Positions 33,071 to 47,269 of a stretch of 64,000 nucleotides of DNA are shown piece after piece (positions within the stretch are counted from its first letter, which is position 1; each line of letters starts with the position of its first letter). Both the position numbers and the translations under genes were made by a program. The DNA is from a cyanobacterium endosymbiont of Rhopalodia gibba (GTDB taxonomy: Bacteria > Cyanobacteriota > Cyanobacteriia > Cyanobacteriales > Microcystaceae). The notes under the pieces are model-generated. The model was not told where the DNA came from and searched no databases. It was given only the letters and a program-made list of their open reading frames with translations. The stretch covers positions 448,001 through 512,000 of the forward strand of contig CP067995.1 in the NCBI GenBank assembly GCA_045159875.1. The letters run 5' to 3'.

Positions 33071-33708
33071 AATTGATAGATAATAGGAGGTTGAAGTTAT
33101 AGAAGTCAATCTTACTAAGAAACAATTGACTTTTTCAATAAAAATTTAAAATAATAAAGCGGTTATTTACTTTTTCATAACTGCTTTGTTTTCTTCCGCT
33201 CAAGGCAGTAGCTGTGTTCCGGTGACGAACGAACGATGATATAAACGATACCACGTACTACTGATAAGTCTTTGATTCCGCCTAAAGCGTTGCCTTGCTC
33301 CAAACTTTCATTTCTTAATTGTAGAAAATAGGAAAATAATCATTAAATTAATCAACTGTTGTCTTTTAGCTTAAAATATAAAATATGGTCATTGAAAAGT
33401 CTGGACGAATAAGTACTTTTTTTTATAGGAGAGGAAGAACAACTGGCAATTGCGTGGGGTTAGTTAGTAATTGAGGAATACTTTTTTATTTGCCACCGAC
33501 TAAATACTAGCTTGAGTGAATAAATTTTGTTCATTTACCTTTTATTTTTCTCACTTTTGTAGACTGAATATAACAAAATTTATACAAAAAAAAGCTAAAT
33601 ATCAAGTTTTTGGAGTTATAGAATACAGTTATGATAAAAATTTTAGAAATTATTAGCGACTGAATTATTATCCATGATCTAGAAGAGCCATTTATCTTCG
33701 TATTTTGA

Positions 33709-35745
<2,037 letters not shown>

Positions 35746-36613
35746 AAGTATTGATGATAAGAATACAAAAAAACAATTTATTCTAAATATTTATCTCCAA
35801 ACAAATTTATAAAAATTATTTTATGTTTTTATAATTAAATAATTAGAGTTTTATTTAAATTACTTTGATTGATATTTTCTATTGTAACTTTTTTGACAAA
35901 AATAAATTCTAGCAGATTTAAAAAATCTGTATGATTTTTAATATATAAGTCAAAATATGAAGAAGTTAACGTTTATGTTAAATAGTAATCACCACAATCG
36001 GTACTATAATTTTTTTAAAAAATAGCAGTAGGCAAGGCAAACCTACCTTTCTAGCTTAAATCAAGAGAAAGTTTTTTACGTAACTGAATATAAGCCCTCA
36101 GTCGAAGAAAAAAGTGGACAAAACAGTTTAGTGTCTAGAATGTTCGATATAAAAAATATTATTAAGTCAGTTTTCCAACCATAATGTGTGATATTTTAGA
36201 TTTAAAGATTGATTATCTTAATTCTCTTCATTGGCTTTTTTATACTGGTTTAAAATCTGAGTCTTGAGCAGAAATCAACTAAAATACTTCTCAAGCCACC
36301 TATCAACACCCTTCAATTATAATTGAAAGAAATGAATAACCAACTTGTTGGTAGTAGGTATCTTAAGAGTTTTTAGATACAGTACTAGTCTAAGTGTCAT
36401 TGGAGGTTATGCTACAAATAATCTGATTCTTTGTAAAGTATGTTTGACAAGAACTGTAGGGTATATTACGTCATGCTAATACACTAGAAAAACCATCTTG
36501 GTACGTTGTGGAAAAAGAGAAATTGAGCAAAAAACTGTAGTTTACCTGACGCACCCTACTTATATTTCTTGTTTAATAAAAATCTCTAAGACAAAAGAAC
36601 CTAATATCAAGAT

Positions 36614-37351
36614 TTAGGACAGAATAGGCTGAAAAAATGCGATAACTTCTTTCCAAACTTCATCCGTTGCCACTGGATCAAACCGATAACCATCATCTCG
36701 CATAAAGGTATGATTGGCTTGATACTCCAAAATTTTATAGCGGATGTTCTGTTTTTCCAATGTTTGCCTAATAATAACTCTGCCATCTTCTGGAATATGA
36801 GAATCTAAAGTTCCGAAAATTAGTAAGGCTTCTCCTTGAAGATCTCCTATCCTTGCAAGGGTATTTGCCTTTTCTCGTCCCAACTTACCATTGTGAATTC
36901 CAGTAGGATAAACATAAACCGATGCCTTAACCAAAGGGTTGAACGCTGCACGACAAGCCAGATGTCCACCAATACAAAAACCCATTGTCCCAATTTGTTG
37001 AGAGGAAACGGCCTCGTAATTACTCAAAAAATCAATAAGAGCACAGGCATCGGAGTCAAACTCACTCATTGAGGTTTTTCGGGCTGCCTCATTTCCTTGA
37101 ATACGTCCAAGATCTGTTGGTTCAATGATAGTCCCCATAGGTAACTGACGGTAATATATCTCTGGGGCAGCCACCACAAAACCATAACCCGCTAAATGAT
37201 CGGCTAGTCGGATGATAGGACTTCCTAACTGATAAATGTCACTATAAAATAGAATTCCCGGGAAAGTTCCTTCCTGATCTGGACGAGCAATATAGACTCT
37301 CATTGCACTATCTTCTACAAGAAGGCTAACGTTTTGACGTTTGACCTGCAT
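36614..37351 (-). CDS. Dienelactone hydrolase family protein
   Basis: GFCIGG nucleophile motif, D..I, HTFMRD. Confidence 0.92.
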   Translation of the reverse strand: MQVKRQNVSLLVEDSAMRVYIARPDQEGTFPGILFYSDIYQLGSPIIRLADHLAGYGFVVAAPEIYYRQLPMGTIIEPTDLGRIQGNEAARKTSMSEFDSDACALIDFLSNYEAVSSQQIGTMGFCIGGHLACRAAFNPLVKASVYVYPTGIHNGKLGREKANTLARIGDLQGEALLIFGTLDSHIPEDGRVIIRQTLEKQNIRYKILEYQANHTFMRDDGYRFDPVATDEVWKEVIAFFQPILS

Positions 37352-37778
37352 ACTTCCAAAAATTAGGTTTTGCTATTACTATTTTAACGATTTATTTGAT
37401 CTTTAATGATTAAAAAACCTAAACAACAACAGTAACCTGATTTTAGTGGTTAAGAAAATTACCCTTGTGCTTGAGATTGTTTAGAGTTGCACTGAATTCT
37501 TGATTTAGATGCCTTGCTTTCTTTTATTTACTTTAAGGAGTCTAGACTGACTGCTACTATTGTGAGTTAGCACGACAGACATAAACTGGTAGAGAATGTT
37601 CTTCTTTGAACTTTTTGTTTAACCTTACAGGCTGTCTACTAGGAAAGTTTTTTTTGAACTTTAATTATTGATCTAGTATTTTAATTGACGAAAAATTAAT
37701 TTTTAATACTTAACCCTACCTCTAGAATGTCAAGTAAATTTTGTCCATATATTCGAGAATTTATGCCGTTTTTTTAGT

Positions 37779-38765
37779 CTAGCTTAAATAAAAATTAAGG
37801 GTAAAGCACAATAAAATCATTAATTGCGCGGTTAAAATTAGTATATAAATTGCTGCTTTAGGGCGTATTGTCATGAAAAGTAAGCTAAGACTTTTAAGAT
37901 TAATTAGAGAACTTAACAACAAAAAAACCAAGTTTGACCCATATAGAAACTTATTAGTCAGAGGATTGATAAAATAGGGGGTCCACAAAGAATTAAAGGA
38001 TAGAACTAAGCTAAAAAGAGACATTACTAGGATTTGAGTTACGGGAGTTTGCCCCCATGTTAGTAACTGTGCTTGAGGTAGAAAAACTTGAGCCATGGTA
38101 GTGATCACACATCCCAACAAGAGGATACTACCAAGTTCAAGGAATTCCTTAATAAGATTATCCAAAAACAAGGAGCATCGCCCCCAAAAATGCTCAGGAA
38201 TTGCTGAATTAGCTTTATATTCATAAATTAAACTCCCTGTCCTATGGAGAGTTGGGGCAGTATTACGCGAACGTAATAAAGTGCCTGAGTGAAGTAAAGT
38301 TGAGTACATTGTCAAGGGAGATAGATTTGTAGATTTTACAGACGGTTTATCGGCATAAGCACTAAAAATCAATCCCAAAATAATACCAATAAGCCAGGCT
38401 CCCAAAATTCGTAAGAAAAGAAGTCTTGGATAACTGCCAAGCACTCCCCAACTAACCCAAATCACAAAAGGATTAATAGTTGGGGAAGCTATTAAAAAAC
38501 TGATAGAGAGTGGAACAGAAGCACCTTGTAACAATAATCTCCGCGTTACAGGAATATTACCGTATTGTCCTACGGGAATCATTATTCCCAAACTACTGCC
38601 AACAATAGCTCCTAGAATCCGATTTTGCGGTAACTTGGCTACGAATTGATGTTCATCAACAAAAGCCAGCAAACCACTCGAAACAATAATTCCCCACAGA
38701 AGAAAAGGCAAGGATTTGAGAACATGACTAAGAAATAGAGTAACATCATAACTAAGTTCAGACAT
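37779..38765 (-). CDS. Predicted permease (DUF318/ArsP-like)
   Basis: LPFLLWG, PV.QYGNIPV.RRLL.QG, FLIASPTINP; multiple transmembrane segments. Confidence 0.8.
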   Translation of the reverse strand: MSELSYDVTLFLSHVLKSLPFLLWGIIVSSGLLAFVDEHQFVAKLPQNRILGAIVGSSLGIMIPVGQYGNIPVTRRLLLQGASVPLSISFLIASPTINPFVIWVSWGVLGSYPRLLFLRILGAWLIGIILGLIFSAYADKPSVKSTNLSPLTMYSTLLHSGTLLRSRNTAPTLHRTGSLIYEYKANSAIPEHFWGRCSLFLDNLIKEFLELGSILLLGCVITTMAQVFLPQAQLLTWGQTPVTQILVMSLFSLVLSFNSLWTPYFINPLTNKFLYGSNLVFLLLSSLINLKSLSLLFMTIRPKAAIYILILTAQLMILLCFTLNFYLS

Positions 38766-39105
38766 GGAAATATATCTCTAATTGATCTTGAGTAATAATG
38801 TAGATCGTTCACAGACAATCTACTCAGTACTTAACATTATCAGGCTTATTTTTGTTTGAATATCTACTTGTTACTAGATGGTTTCATATGAAAATATATA
38901 ACGATGTAACTAAAACAAGTAATCTAAAGACTTTTTCTCTCTTAGTATTTGTGGCATGTTGCTTTAAGCATGAGCAAAATTATTAATAGTAAATCTACTT
39001 TGATTCGTCGTTCATTAGTCTACTCTGACCGGTAAGATTCTTGTTTTAGTGTTTACGGTTTAATGTAATTTGAGCACGATAAAAGAATCAGTTTAGAGAA
39101 ATACT

Positions 39106-39553
39106 ATGGTTTTGTCCTTAGATTTTCAGTTGGTAAATGCGGCTCCCCAAGGTAATTTAGACGATGTTAAAGTCGTACTTGCTCAAGGCGCACGAGTCAA
39201 TGCTATTGATTTTTATCAGACAAGTGTGTTGATGTGTGCGGCACAAAGGGGCTTTGGTCAATCAGCAACGACCTCCATCAGGGATTAGTGCCTTGATGTT
39301 AGCAGCGGCGGCTGATAATTTAGACGTTGTTGAAGACTTAATTGAAACTGGTGCAGATGTTAATCATAATCAAACTAATGAAGATGGCAGTCCGGCTTTG
39401 ATGATTGCAGCAGATAAAGGACATTTAGCCATTGTTGAAATTTTAATAGCAACAGGGTCTGAAGTTAATCTTAAAGACAAAGATGGGGATACTGCCCTGA
39501 ATATAGCGATTAAAAACCATCATCAAGAAATTATCTTAGCCTTACTCAATTGA
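39106..39553 (+). pseudogene. Ankyrin-repeat protein, frameshifted and truncated
   Basis: Two overlapping frames with ankyrin repeats (SALMLAA...GADVN, PALMIAA.KGH...VNLKDKDGDTAL). Confidence 0.8.
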
Positions 39554-40450
39554 GTTATTAATTCATCTTAACTTAGAAATGTTACTCGATGCTCACGCCT
39601 ATTTAGCTCCAATTTTAGTGATTTTAGCAGTGATAAATATTGTTTACAGTTGTCCTACTTTCTCTGCCAAATCTAATATGAAACGCCGTTTAGCTTATTC
39701 CTCTGTGTCTCATATGTCATTTGTATCACTAGGGATTGTCTTCTTCATAAATATTGGGAGTAGGGTAATGTTACAATCGATTTCTCACAGACTCGTTGCG
39801 GCGGCATTATTCTTCTTAGAAAGTGTAATCTATGATCGCACCTATACCATGATTCTTGAAGAAATGAAGAATATTAGTCTAGTAATGCTTAAAGTCTTTA
39901 CCTTGTTTGCCATTGACGCCATAACATATCCAGCTTGACCTGAAATGGGTGGCTTTACTAGTGACTTTTCAGTTTTTGTTGGTATTACTTATAATGGCAT
40001 TTAAAGCTTGATTTTCCGTACAGTTACAGTGTTTTTTTCTGCTGTAGGACTTATTTAAACTCCTGTTTATCTCCTTTTCTGTCTATGTTACGATAACTTC
40101 TCTATGGATCTAGATGGTATAGCTTATTTGTTGGTTAACCGAGAATCAATCTGTGAATGTGGATAAACAAAAAGCCGTTTATTTGAGTAATATTTGTGTT
40201 TTACTGATCAACACTCCAAATACAATGATGTCAAACTCCGTAAAATTTTAATTGCAAATCGTTTCTTGGCTTTAGCCATTGGAATTTGCTTTTCTCCTAA
40301 ACTCGTCTGTATGATATAAAGACAATTGCAGTTAATGATAAGGTTCGTCAATCCTATGGCCAAATGGCTAAAATTAATCCTAAGAGTTACAGAATTTTAT
40401 CCAAAATCCAACAAGTATCCGAATTCACCGTCTTGACTAACTTTAGTAAA
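39554..40450 (+). pseudogene. ndhD: NAD(P)H-quinone oxidoreductase subunit 4, C-terminal half, pseudogene (probably the NdhD2 paralog)
   Basis: NLEMLLDAHAYLAPILVILAVINIVY, NMKRRLAYSSVSHM, IYDRT, P.MGGF, TPVYLL; stops and frameshifts; 5' half absent. Confidence 0.88.
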
Positions 40451-40534
40451 TTCTTTGAATCAACTTTGATTACGTCAAAAGTTTAACTATGATAGAGAGT
40501 GTTCTAGGCACTCCCTTTTTTTGCTTTTTCTATA

Positions 40535-41788
40535 CTAATTTCTAAGTAACAATCTGCGACGTAATCGATCTAAAGCAGCATAACTACTTAAAAATCGTAT
40601 GGCATCACGTTCATGGATTGTCCCAAACTGACATTTAAAACTCTCCACTCTTCCTTGATTATCAGCTAATCCAACATAAACCAATCCCACAGGCTTAATT
40701 TCTGTCCCTCCCCCAGGACCGGCAATTCCTGTAAGACTTATTCCCCAGGAAGTCCCTAACCGTTTTTTAACCCCTAGGGCCATTTGTTGCGCTACTGCCT
40801 CGCTAACAGCTCCATATTGTTCTAAATCTTTGGAATTAACCCCTAATAAATCGATTTTTACTTGATTTGTATAGGCAATAATTCCACCGAGAAAATAGTC
40901 AGAACTTCCTGAAACTGTGGTCAACATCGCACCTAAACCGCCTCCTGTACAAGATTCAGCAACACTTGCCGTTTCTCCTGCTTGCCTCAATAAATTTCCG
41001 ACTACCAAAGCTAAGGTATCATCATCTGACCCATAATAGTCTAACCCAGCTATTTTCTGTATTTTTTGGGCAATTGGTTCAATCAGCGCGATTGCCTCGG
41101 TTTCTGATCGAGTTTTTGCAGATATTCTTAAACGCACTTCCCCTAAAGAAGCATAGGGGGCTACTGTAGGATTAGATAATTCGAAGAAGTGAGCTACTTT
41201 GGCGGACAAATCTGATTCGCCAATGCCCCTAAAATATAACATTCGACTGTAAATAATTTCTTTACCCCAACCTTGGCTTTTAAGATAAGAAACGGCCGTT
41301 TCGCTCCACATACGCTTCATTTCCGAAGGGACCCCAGGAAAGGTCATTAAGGTTAAATTGGGACGAGGTTGCCACAAAAGGCCAGGGGCAGTTCCAGAAG
41401 GGTTAGGTAAAATACCAGCTCCTTTAGGAAGTAAAGCTTGTTTACGATTATTTTCTGCCATAGTTCGCCCCTGTGCAGCTAATTTTTGACTAATATCTCT
41501 AATAATTTCGGGATGTTCTACCAAGGGAGTCTCAAACACCTGCGCGATGGTTTCCGTAGTCAGATCATCAGGTGTTGGACCTAACCCTCCTGTAAACACT
41601 AAAATAGAAGCACGTTGACTAGCAATTTTAATAACATCTTGTAGACGGGTTAAATTATCACCAACAACGGTTTGATAAAAGTGAGGAATTCCTAAACTGG
41701 CAAGTTCTTTGGCTAAAAATTGAACATTGGTATTGAGGATATCTCCTAATAACAATTCTGTCCCCACACAAATAATTTCTGCACTCAT
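40535..41788 (-). CDS. cinA: Competence/damage-inducible protein CinA (NMN deamidase PncC domain)
   Basis: EIICVGTELLLG, GGLGPTPDDLT, GTAPG, AESCTGG, TGIAGPGG. Confidence 0.95.
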   Translation of the reverse strand: MSAEIICVGTELLLGDILNTNVQFLAKELASLGIPHFYQTVVGDNLTRLQDVIKIASQRASILVFTGGLGPTPDDLTTETIAQVFETPLVEHPEIIRDISQKLAAQGRTMAENNRKQALLPKGAGILPNPSGTAPGLLWQPRPNLTLMTFPGVPSEMKRMWSETAVSYLKSQGWGKEIIYSRMLYFRGIGESDLSAKVAHFFELSNPTVAPYASLGEVRLRISAKTRSETEAIALIEPIAQKIQKIAGLDYYGSDDDTLALVVGNLLRQAGETASVAESCTGGGLGAMLTTVSGSSDYFLGGIIAYTNQVKIDLLGVNSKDLEQYGAVSEAVAQQMALGVKKRLGTSWGISLTGIAGPGGGTEIKPVGLVYVGLADNQGRVESFKCQFGTIHERDAIRFLSSYAALDRLRRRLLLRN

Positions 41789-42085
41789 AACAATTTAACT
41801 TAAGTCCCTAAAAATTAATAAATATGATTCTTCTAGACTAGCTGTAACAAAAAAGTGACAAATAAAAGTTCAAAGTATTATTTTACAAGGTTTTCAGTAT
41901 TTTAAAAACTTTATCTCTGTAAAAAAAATGAGTTATAGGACACACCCCGAAGGAGAGTTTTGGAAGTTATTGGTTCCCAACTTATCATACTCAATCTAGA
42001 AGAGCCACAAATACTACATATGTTAATAACTAATAAAATAGCTAGCAATCATGCTTTCTTTTTGTCTGGTTTGTGAGATAGTTTA

Positions 42086-42610
42086 TTACCCAATTAACTC
42101 TACGGCATCCCTCCCGTCAGTCTCTTGCAGATAGACTTTAACCTGTTCTTGAGAAGCTGTGGGAAGTTTTTTTCCTGTAAAATCAGGATGAATAGGTAAT
42201 TCTCGATGGCCACGGTCCACTAAAACTAATAACCTAATGACTTCGGGTCGTCCGTATTCCGTCACCGCATTTAAGGCCGCTCGAATTGTTCGTCCTTTAT
42301 AAAGGACATCATCTACTAAGACCACCGTTTTTCCCGTTAAATCAAAAGGAATTTTAGTTTTAGCAGGAGTACGAGTTCTTATCCGATCGAGATCATCACG
42401 ATAAAATGTCACATCGACAGCTCCTACTGAGACTTTAACATCTTCTAACATCTCAATTTGCTGAGCGATCAGATAAGCTAGAGTCACCCCTCGGGTGTAA
42501 ATCCCCAAAAGTACTAACTCAGAGAGATCCCCCGATTTTTCAATAACTTGAGAAGCTAAACGGGTGATGATGCGGCGTATTTTTTCCGTAGTCAGTATTT
42601 TTTTGACCAT
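42086..42610 (-). CDS. pyrR: Pyrimidine regulatory protein / uracil phosphoribosyltransferase
   Basis: [39 protein letters not shown]. Confidence 0.95.
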   Translation of the reverse strand: MVKKILTTEKIRRIITRLASQVIEKSGDLSELVLLGIYTRGVTLAYLIAQQIEMLEDVKVSVGAVDVTFYRDDLDRIRTRTPAKTKIPFDLTGKTVVLVDDVLYKGRTIRAALNAVTEYGRPEVIRLLVLVDRGHRELPIHPDFTGKKLPTASQEQVKVYLQETDGRDAVELIG

Positions 42611-42817
42611 ACCCTCTCCCCTATATTTATCCTCCATTTTAGAAAATTACTTAAAGTCACTAAGTTAGTAGAAACTTAATCTTAAATCAACTTACTACAG
42701 AAGTTAGAATTTAATTCTACACCCCTGTTTATTAAGTTAGAAGTTTGTCGATTTCGCGGAAGTTAAAAGTCAGATGTTAAACTATTCCCTTATCTCCCAA
42801 TACTTCCTCCCTTAACT

Positions 42818-43690
42818 ATGTTCATCCCCCAACTCACTGATGACGGTTCGTATACCTTCTTTTCTGAGGAATTTGAAGAACTATTCCATTCCCATTCTGG
42901 AGCAAAACTCGAGGCAGAACAAAAATTTGTCGACCCTTGTCAACTCAAAGAGAAAGCAAAACGTCACAAGTCATTGAAAATTCTCGATATTTGCTATGGA
43001 CTCGGGTACAATAGTGCAGCAGCTTTAGAGGGAATTTGGTCAATTAATCGGAAATGTCACATCGAATTAATTGCTCTAGAATCTGACGTTGATGTTCCTT
43101 ATCAGTCCGGTGTTTACCATTTACTTAAACAATGGCCTTCTTTTATTGAAGACTCCCTAACACAACTCGCCAAAAATCATGAGATACAAATACCAAGATT
43201 AAGAGCTAACCTATTGATAGGAGATGCTCGAAATACTATCCAGATTCTTTACCAGTCTGGTTTTAAAGCCGACGCTATTTTTCTTGACCCTTTTTCTCCT
43301 CCAAAATGTCCCCAATTATGGACTCTAGAATTTATTAAACTTGTATCAGGGTGTTTACAATCGCAAGGGAGGTTGGGAACCTATTCAAGTGCTGCCGCAG
43401 TGAGAACCGCTTTACAGTTAGCTGGGTTAACTGTGTCCCCCACCAAGGGGGTGGGGCGGCGGTCGCCTGGAACTGTAGCAAGTTTCAATTATCAAGACTT
43501 ATGTCCTTTGTCTTTAGAAGAACGAGAACACTTAAAAACTCGTGCCGCTATTCCTTATCGCGACCCGAGTCTTCGAGATTCTGCTATAGTAATTAGTCAA
43601 CGACGACGTACAGAACAAATCAGTAGTGACTTAGAACCGACAAGTCGTTGGAAAAAACGATGGAAAAAGTTAGTGCCAAACTTACAGTGA
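42818..43690 (+). CDS. MnmC/MnmD-type SAM-dependent methyltransferase
   Basis: TDDGS.T, FHSHSGA, ILDICYGLGYN, FLDPFSP..CPQLWT, TYS.A. Confidence 0.85.
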   Translation: MFIPQLTDDGSYTFFSEEFEELFHSHSGAKLEAEQKFVDPCQLKEKAKRHKSLKILDICYGLGYNSAAALEGIWSINRKCHIELIALESDVDVPYQSGVYHLLKQWPSFIEDSLTQLAKNHEIQIPRLRANLLIGDARNTIQILYQSGFKADAIFLDPFSPPKCPQLWTLEFIKLVSGCLQSQGRLGTYSSAAAVRTALQLAGLTVSPTKGVGRRSPGTVASFNYQDLCPLSLEEREHLKTRAAIPYRDPSLRDSAIVISQRRRTEQISSDLEPTSRWKKRWKKLVPNLQ

Positions 43691-43879
43691 TTTAATTAAT
43701 AGCGCTCTCAAATTTCTGTGGAGTTCCAGTGAAAAATTTTAAGGAAATTAATTATCTTTTTAAAGATGCTAGAAAGTCAATTTAAATGATATGGTAATGG
43801 TAAATATTTTTACCTAAGTTTCAGTTTAATACTGAATTCGGCTAAAAGATATAAATGTCTTATATTTAGTTAGATCGGT

Positions 43880-44170
43880 CCCAAATTTTATGAGATGAGA
43901 TTAAGGATTTAAACTAAATTAAACAGTATACGATTGCGGTGAATATTGGTTTTTAAGTTAACTCCATGCAACACGGATATCGTAAATTTGTTCGTGAGTT
44001 AACGCAAGATTTAATTTATAAATTATTTATAGACCACGGATATATTGTTGAATATCTCTTGAAAAGATTATCTCAAACAAGTACTTTAATTAATTGTTTT
44101 TATTTGATAAAATATAAAGTAAAAACGATAAATTATAATGATATTTTTTTACGTAAAAACTTTTTTTGTT
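43880..44170 (+). mobile_element. IS982-family transposase remnant
   Basis: GFKL..., FKLTPCNTD, RKFVRELTQDLIYKLFIDHGYI, matching IS982 GFKLH...LT.GN.DDR...KL.GD.GYI. Confidence 0.7.
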
Positions 44171-44575
44171 GAAACATTTAACCATTACAAATATCTCTTG
44201 AAAATTTACATTTAATGCATTTAAATAATTTTTTTGTTGCTTTTTTCCCGGGATGAAGATTTCTTCTCATTAACGAAGCTTTTTTAAAATTTAAATAGGT
44301 AAAAATATTGGCTATTTTTTACTATCGTTTTACAACAAATATTATAGGATTAACCATTTGCAGTCTTTATCTAATAAAATTATTAACTATATCGTATTCT
44401 TGCTTAAACATTGAGGATAATAACTGTCTTTTAAAATCTCGTCAAACTCGCGTTTACTTATATTGTCGTCTTTAATCATTTAGTAATTTATTAGCAAAGC
44501 TTTATCTAGAATAATCGCAAAGTCTAATTTTGGCAAAAAAGTTACTCTCATCTGAGAATCAATCTAGCAAAAAAA

Positions 44576-45320
44576 CTTTAGTAACCGTTAACTGTAGCCA
44601 TATTCAATTTAAAAATATCCAAGCTTGATCTTTGATAAAGATGAGATTCTAGACGAACCTCAAAATTATTTTCGGGCATTAGGTATTTGCCATGCCCGTT
44701 TAATCGATGCTAGAATTCCATAGCTTGGTGATTTCTTATTCGTGGTCTTTGGTATCCAAAATTATATCTTTAACTCCACTGGACTGATGGCTGTCAGCTT
44801 CAATTGTCAAGAAAACAAAATTGCTGTTGTTACTTAATTTTGCAGAAACCTGACCAAGTTAGTTTCAATTTATAGAAATATCCCAGAGTTTCTTTTTCAA
44901 AAAGCTGATCAATCTTTACCTAAAAAATCTCTTAATCCTAACCTATTTACAGAAAGCTCAGAAAGAATTAAAGTTCTCTAATAGACTGGTCTAAAATTAG
45001 TAATTTTATTAGCGTATTCTATCTATAACATAGAAACCTTTATCAAGGTTTATAAAACATCTAGATATATTCAATTAATGCTAGGTTCAAGTAAAATCTA
45101 AACCAAACCTAATCTCCAATCATTTATCCAAGCTTGTCAATGTTTGAAAATTTATCCTACTTTTACTTTAATAATAGAAGATTATGACGGTTATATTACT
45201 ATGGACCAGCAAGGAGACGCTGCCGGAACTATTGGAATCTTTCGGAATAATTACCAAGCTAGTCATTTAAAAAAGGCATATATTACTATCCTCGAACTTA
45301 ATTAAATTCAATTATCCTAA
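44576..45320 (+). pseudogene. HAD-superfamily hydrolase pseudogene
   Basis: FKNIQA / IFDKDEILD (decayed FDKDGTL), ARLIDARIP, TGLMAVS, KPN...FIQACQ.L, AAGTIGI; many stops. Confidence 0.75.
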
Positions 45321-45399
45321 TTAGTAAATTCTCATGTATAGTTGTAGACTATAAAACGTCATCTTTATCATTATTGTTGCTAAAAGAGGGTAAGTAAAA

Positions 45400-46668
45400 T
45401 TGTCTTGTCGTTATCTGTTTACTTCCGAATCTGTAACCGAAGGTCACCCTGATAAAATCTGCGACCAGATTTCAGATGCTATTCTAGATGCTTTGCTTAA
45501 CCATGATGATCGCAGTCGCGTAGCGGCAGAAGTGGTCGTTAACACAGGCTTAGTTTTAATTACTGGGGAAATTACCTCCAAAGCTCATGTTGATTTTGTC
45601 GAGTTAGCTCGTAAGAAAATCACTGAAATTGGCTATACTGATGCTAGCAATGGTTTTTCTGCTGATAGTTGTTCCGTTTTAGTTGCTGTAGACGAACAGT
45701 CTCCTGATATTGCCCAAGGAGTAACGGAAGCTCATGAACAGAGACAATCTCTTAGTAGTGACGAATTAGATAGCATTGGAGCTGGAGATCAGGGGTTAAT
45801 GTTTGGGTTTGCTTGTAATGAAACCTCTGAATTAATGCCTTTACCAATTAGTCTAGCCCATCGGATCTCTCGTCGCTTAGCTGCGGTACGTAAAATGAGA
45901 GAACTATCTTATTTACGTCCTGATGGTAAAACCCAGGTATCAATTATCTATGAAAATGGAAAACCTGTGGGGATTGACACCATTCTTGTTTCCACTCAAC
46001 ATACTGAAAATATTGACTTGATCACAGACAACGATAAGGTTCAAAAAAAGATTAAATCCGATCTGTGGGAAGCTGTCATTCTACCTGTCTTAAACGATAT
46101 TCAGATTAAACCTAGTAAAGACCTCCATTTTTTAGTTAACCCGACGGGTAAGTTTGTTATTGGAGGTCCTCAAGGAGATGCTGGATTAACGGGACGTAAG
46201 ATCATTGTTGATACCTATGGCGGTTACTCTCGTCACGGTGGCGGTGCTTTCTCTGGTAAGGATCCGACCAAAGTAGATCGCTCTGCGGCCTATGCTTGTC
46301 GTTATGTGGCTAAAAATATCGTCGCTGCTGGTTTGGCAGATAAGTGTGAAGTTCAAGTGAGTTATGCTATCGGAGTTGCTCGCCCTGTGAGCATCCTCGT
46401 GGATACTTTTGGCACAGCTAAAGTTGATGAAGATAAACTTCTTGATGTAGTTAAAGAACATTTTGAATTACGTCCTGCAGGCATTCTTCAATATTTCGGA
46501 CTGCGAGAATTTCCTTCACAACGAGGCGGTCGTTTCTATCAAGATGTAGCAGTTTATGGACATTTTGGACGAACTGATCTTGATTTGCCTTGGGAAGCGA
46601 CTGATAAAGTTGCTTTACTCAAAGATATTTTTGCTAGTTCTCTATCAGGGATGACAGTTGGGATTTAA
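45400..46668 (+). CDS. metK: S-adenosylmethionine synthetase
   Basis: [35 protein letters not shown]. Confidence 0.97.
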   Translation: MSCRYLFTSESVTEGHPDKICDQISDAILDALLNHDDRSRVAAEVVVNTGLVLITGEITSKAHVDFVELARKKITEIGYTDASNGFSADSCSVLVAVDEQSPDIAQGVTEAHEQRQSLSSDELDSIGAGDQGLMFGFACNETSELMPLPISLAHRISRRLAAVRKMRELSYLRPDGKTQVSIIYENGKPVGIDTILVSTQHTENIDLITDNDKVQKKIKSDLWEAVILPVLNDIQIKPSKDLHFLVNPTGKFVIGGPQGDAGLTGRKIIVDTYGGYSRHGGGAFSGKDPTKVDRSAAYACRYVAKNIVAAGLADKCEVQVSYAIGVARPVSILVDTFGTAKVDEDKLLDVVKEHFELRPAGILQYFGLREFPSQRGGRFYQDVAVYGHFGRTDLDLPWEATDKVALLKDIFASSLSGMTVGI

Positions 46669-46748
46669 ATTAAGTTCAATTTCGTCAATAGTGATTTAGA
46701 GAAAAGGGTACAATGATTCTTTTCTCTTTTTAATCCAACCTAGTTGGC

Positions 46749-46973
46749 TCAGGGGACAAGTTTTTTAAGGTACTGACTTTCTACTAAAAAAACTCCTTTG
46801 CTAAAACGAACCCCCCAATAATCTCCAGGACGGCGATCAATAACAATGCCTTGGGAGCCAATTTCTAAAATATCAGCCGGACGCAACATGGGCATAGGAT
46901 CAGCCGTTTTTAGATAGGGAGGACTAACACTCAAGAAAACTTGGCAACCAACCGTAATTTCGGAAGAATTCAT
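46749..46973 (-). CDS. sipA: NblS/Hik33-interacting protein SipA (DUF3148)
   Basis: PPYLKTADPMPMLRP...RRP..YW.VRF..G.FL. Confidence 0.85.
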   Translation of the reverse strand: MNSSEITVGCQVFLSVSPPYLKTADPMPMLRPADILEIGSQGIVIDRRPGDYWGVRFSKGVFLVESQYLKKLVP

Positions 46974-47269
46974 ATCAATAATTAATGAAGATTCCAGACA
47001 AACTTAACTAAAAATATTGGCTTCAGAAGATGTGATTCATCAACTAATATTTAGACTCCTCGCAGAGGAAACCATGACATAATAAATTTCGTTAAGGTTT
47101 TTATTCTAACGAGCATTTCGGTTTTTGTCATGAAATTTGCTACCTTTCTATTAGGTAAAGGAAATATCCTTCTGTTAAATTTACTGGTAATGATTATTCT
47201 TGAGTTATTTATCAACTTTGAATTGTTTCAAATAGGTCAACTCTTGCTGAATAAATTCTCATCTTTAAT

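Noticed and set aside
33185..33310. Locally GC-richer patch with a faint RpsL-like translation (GGIKDL..VR) or possible RNA structure
   Set aside because: Similarity is too weak and split across frames; no convincing fold.
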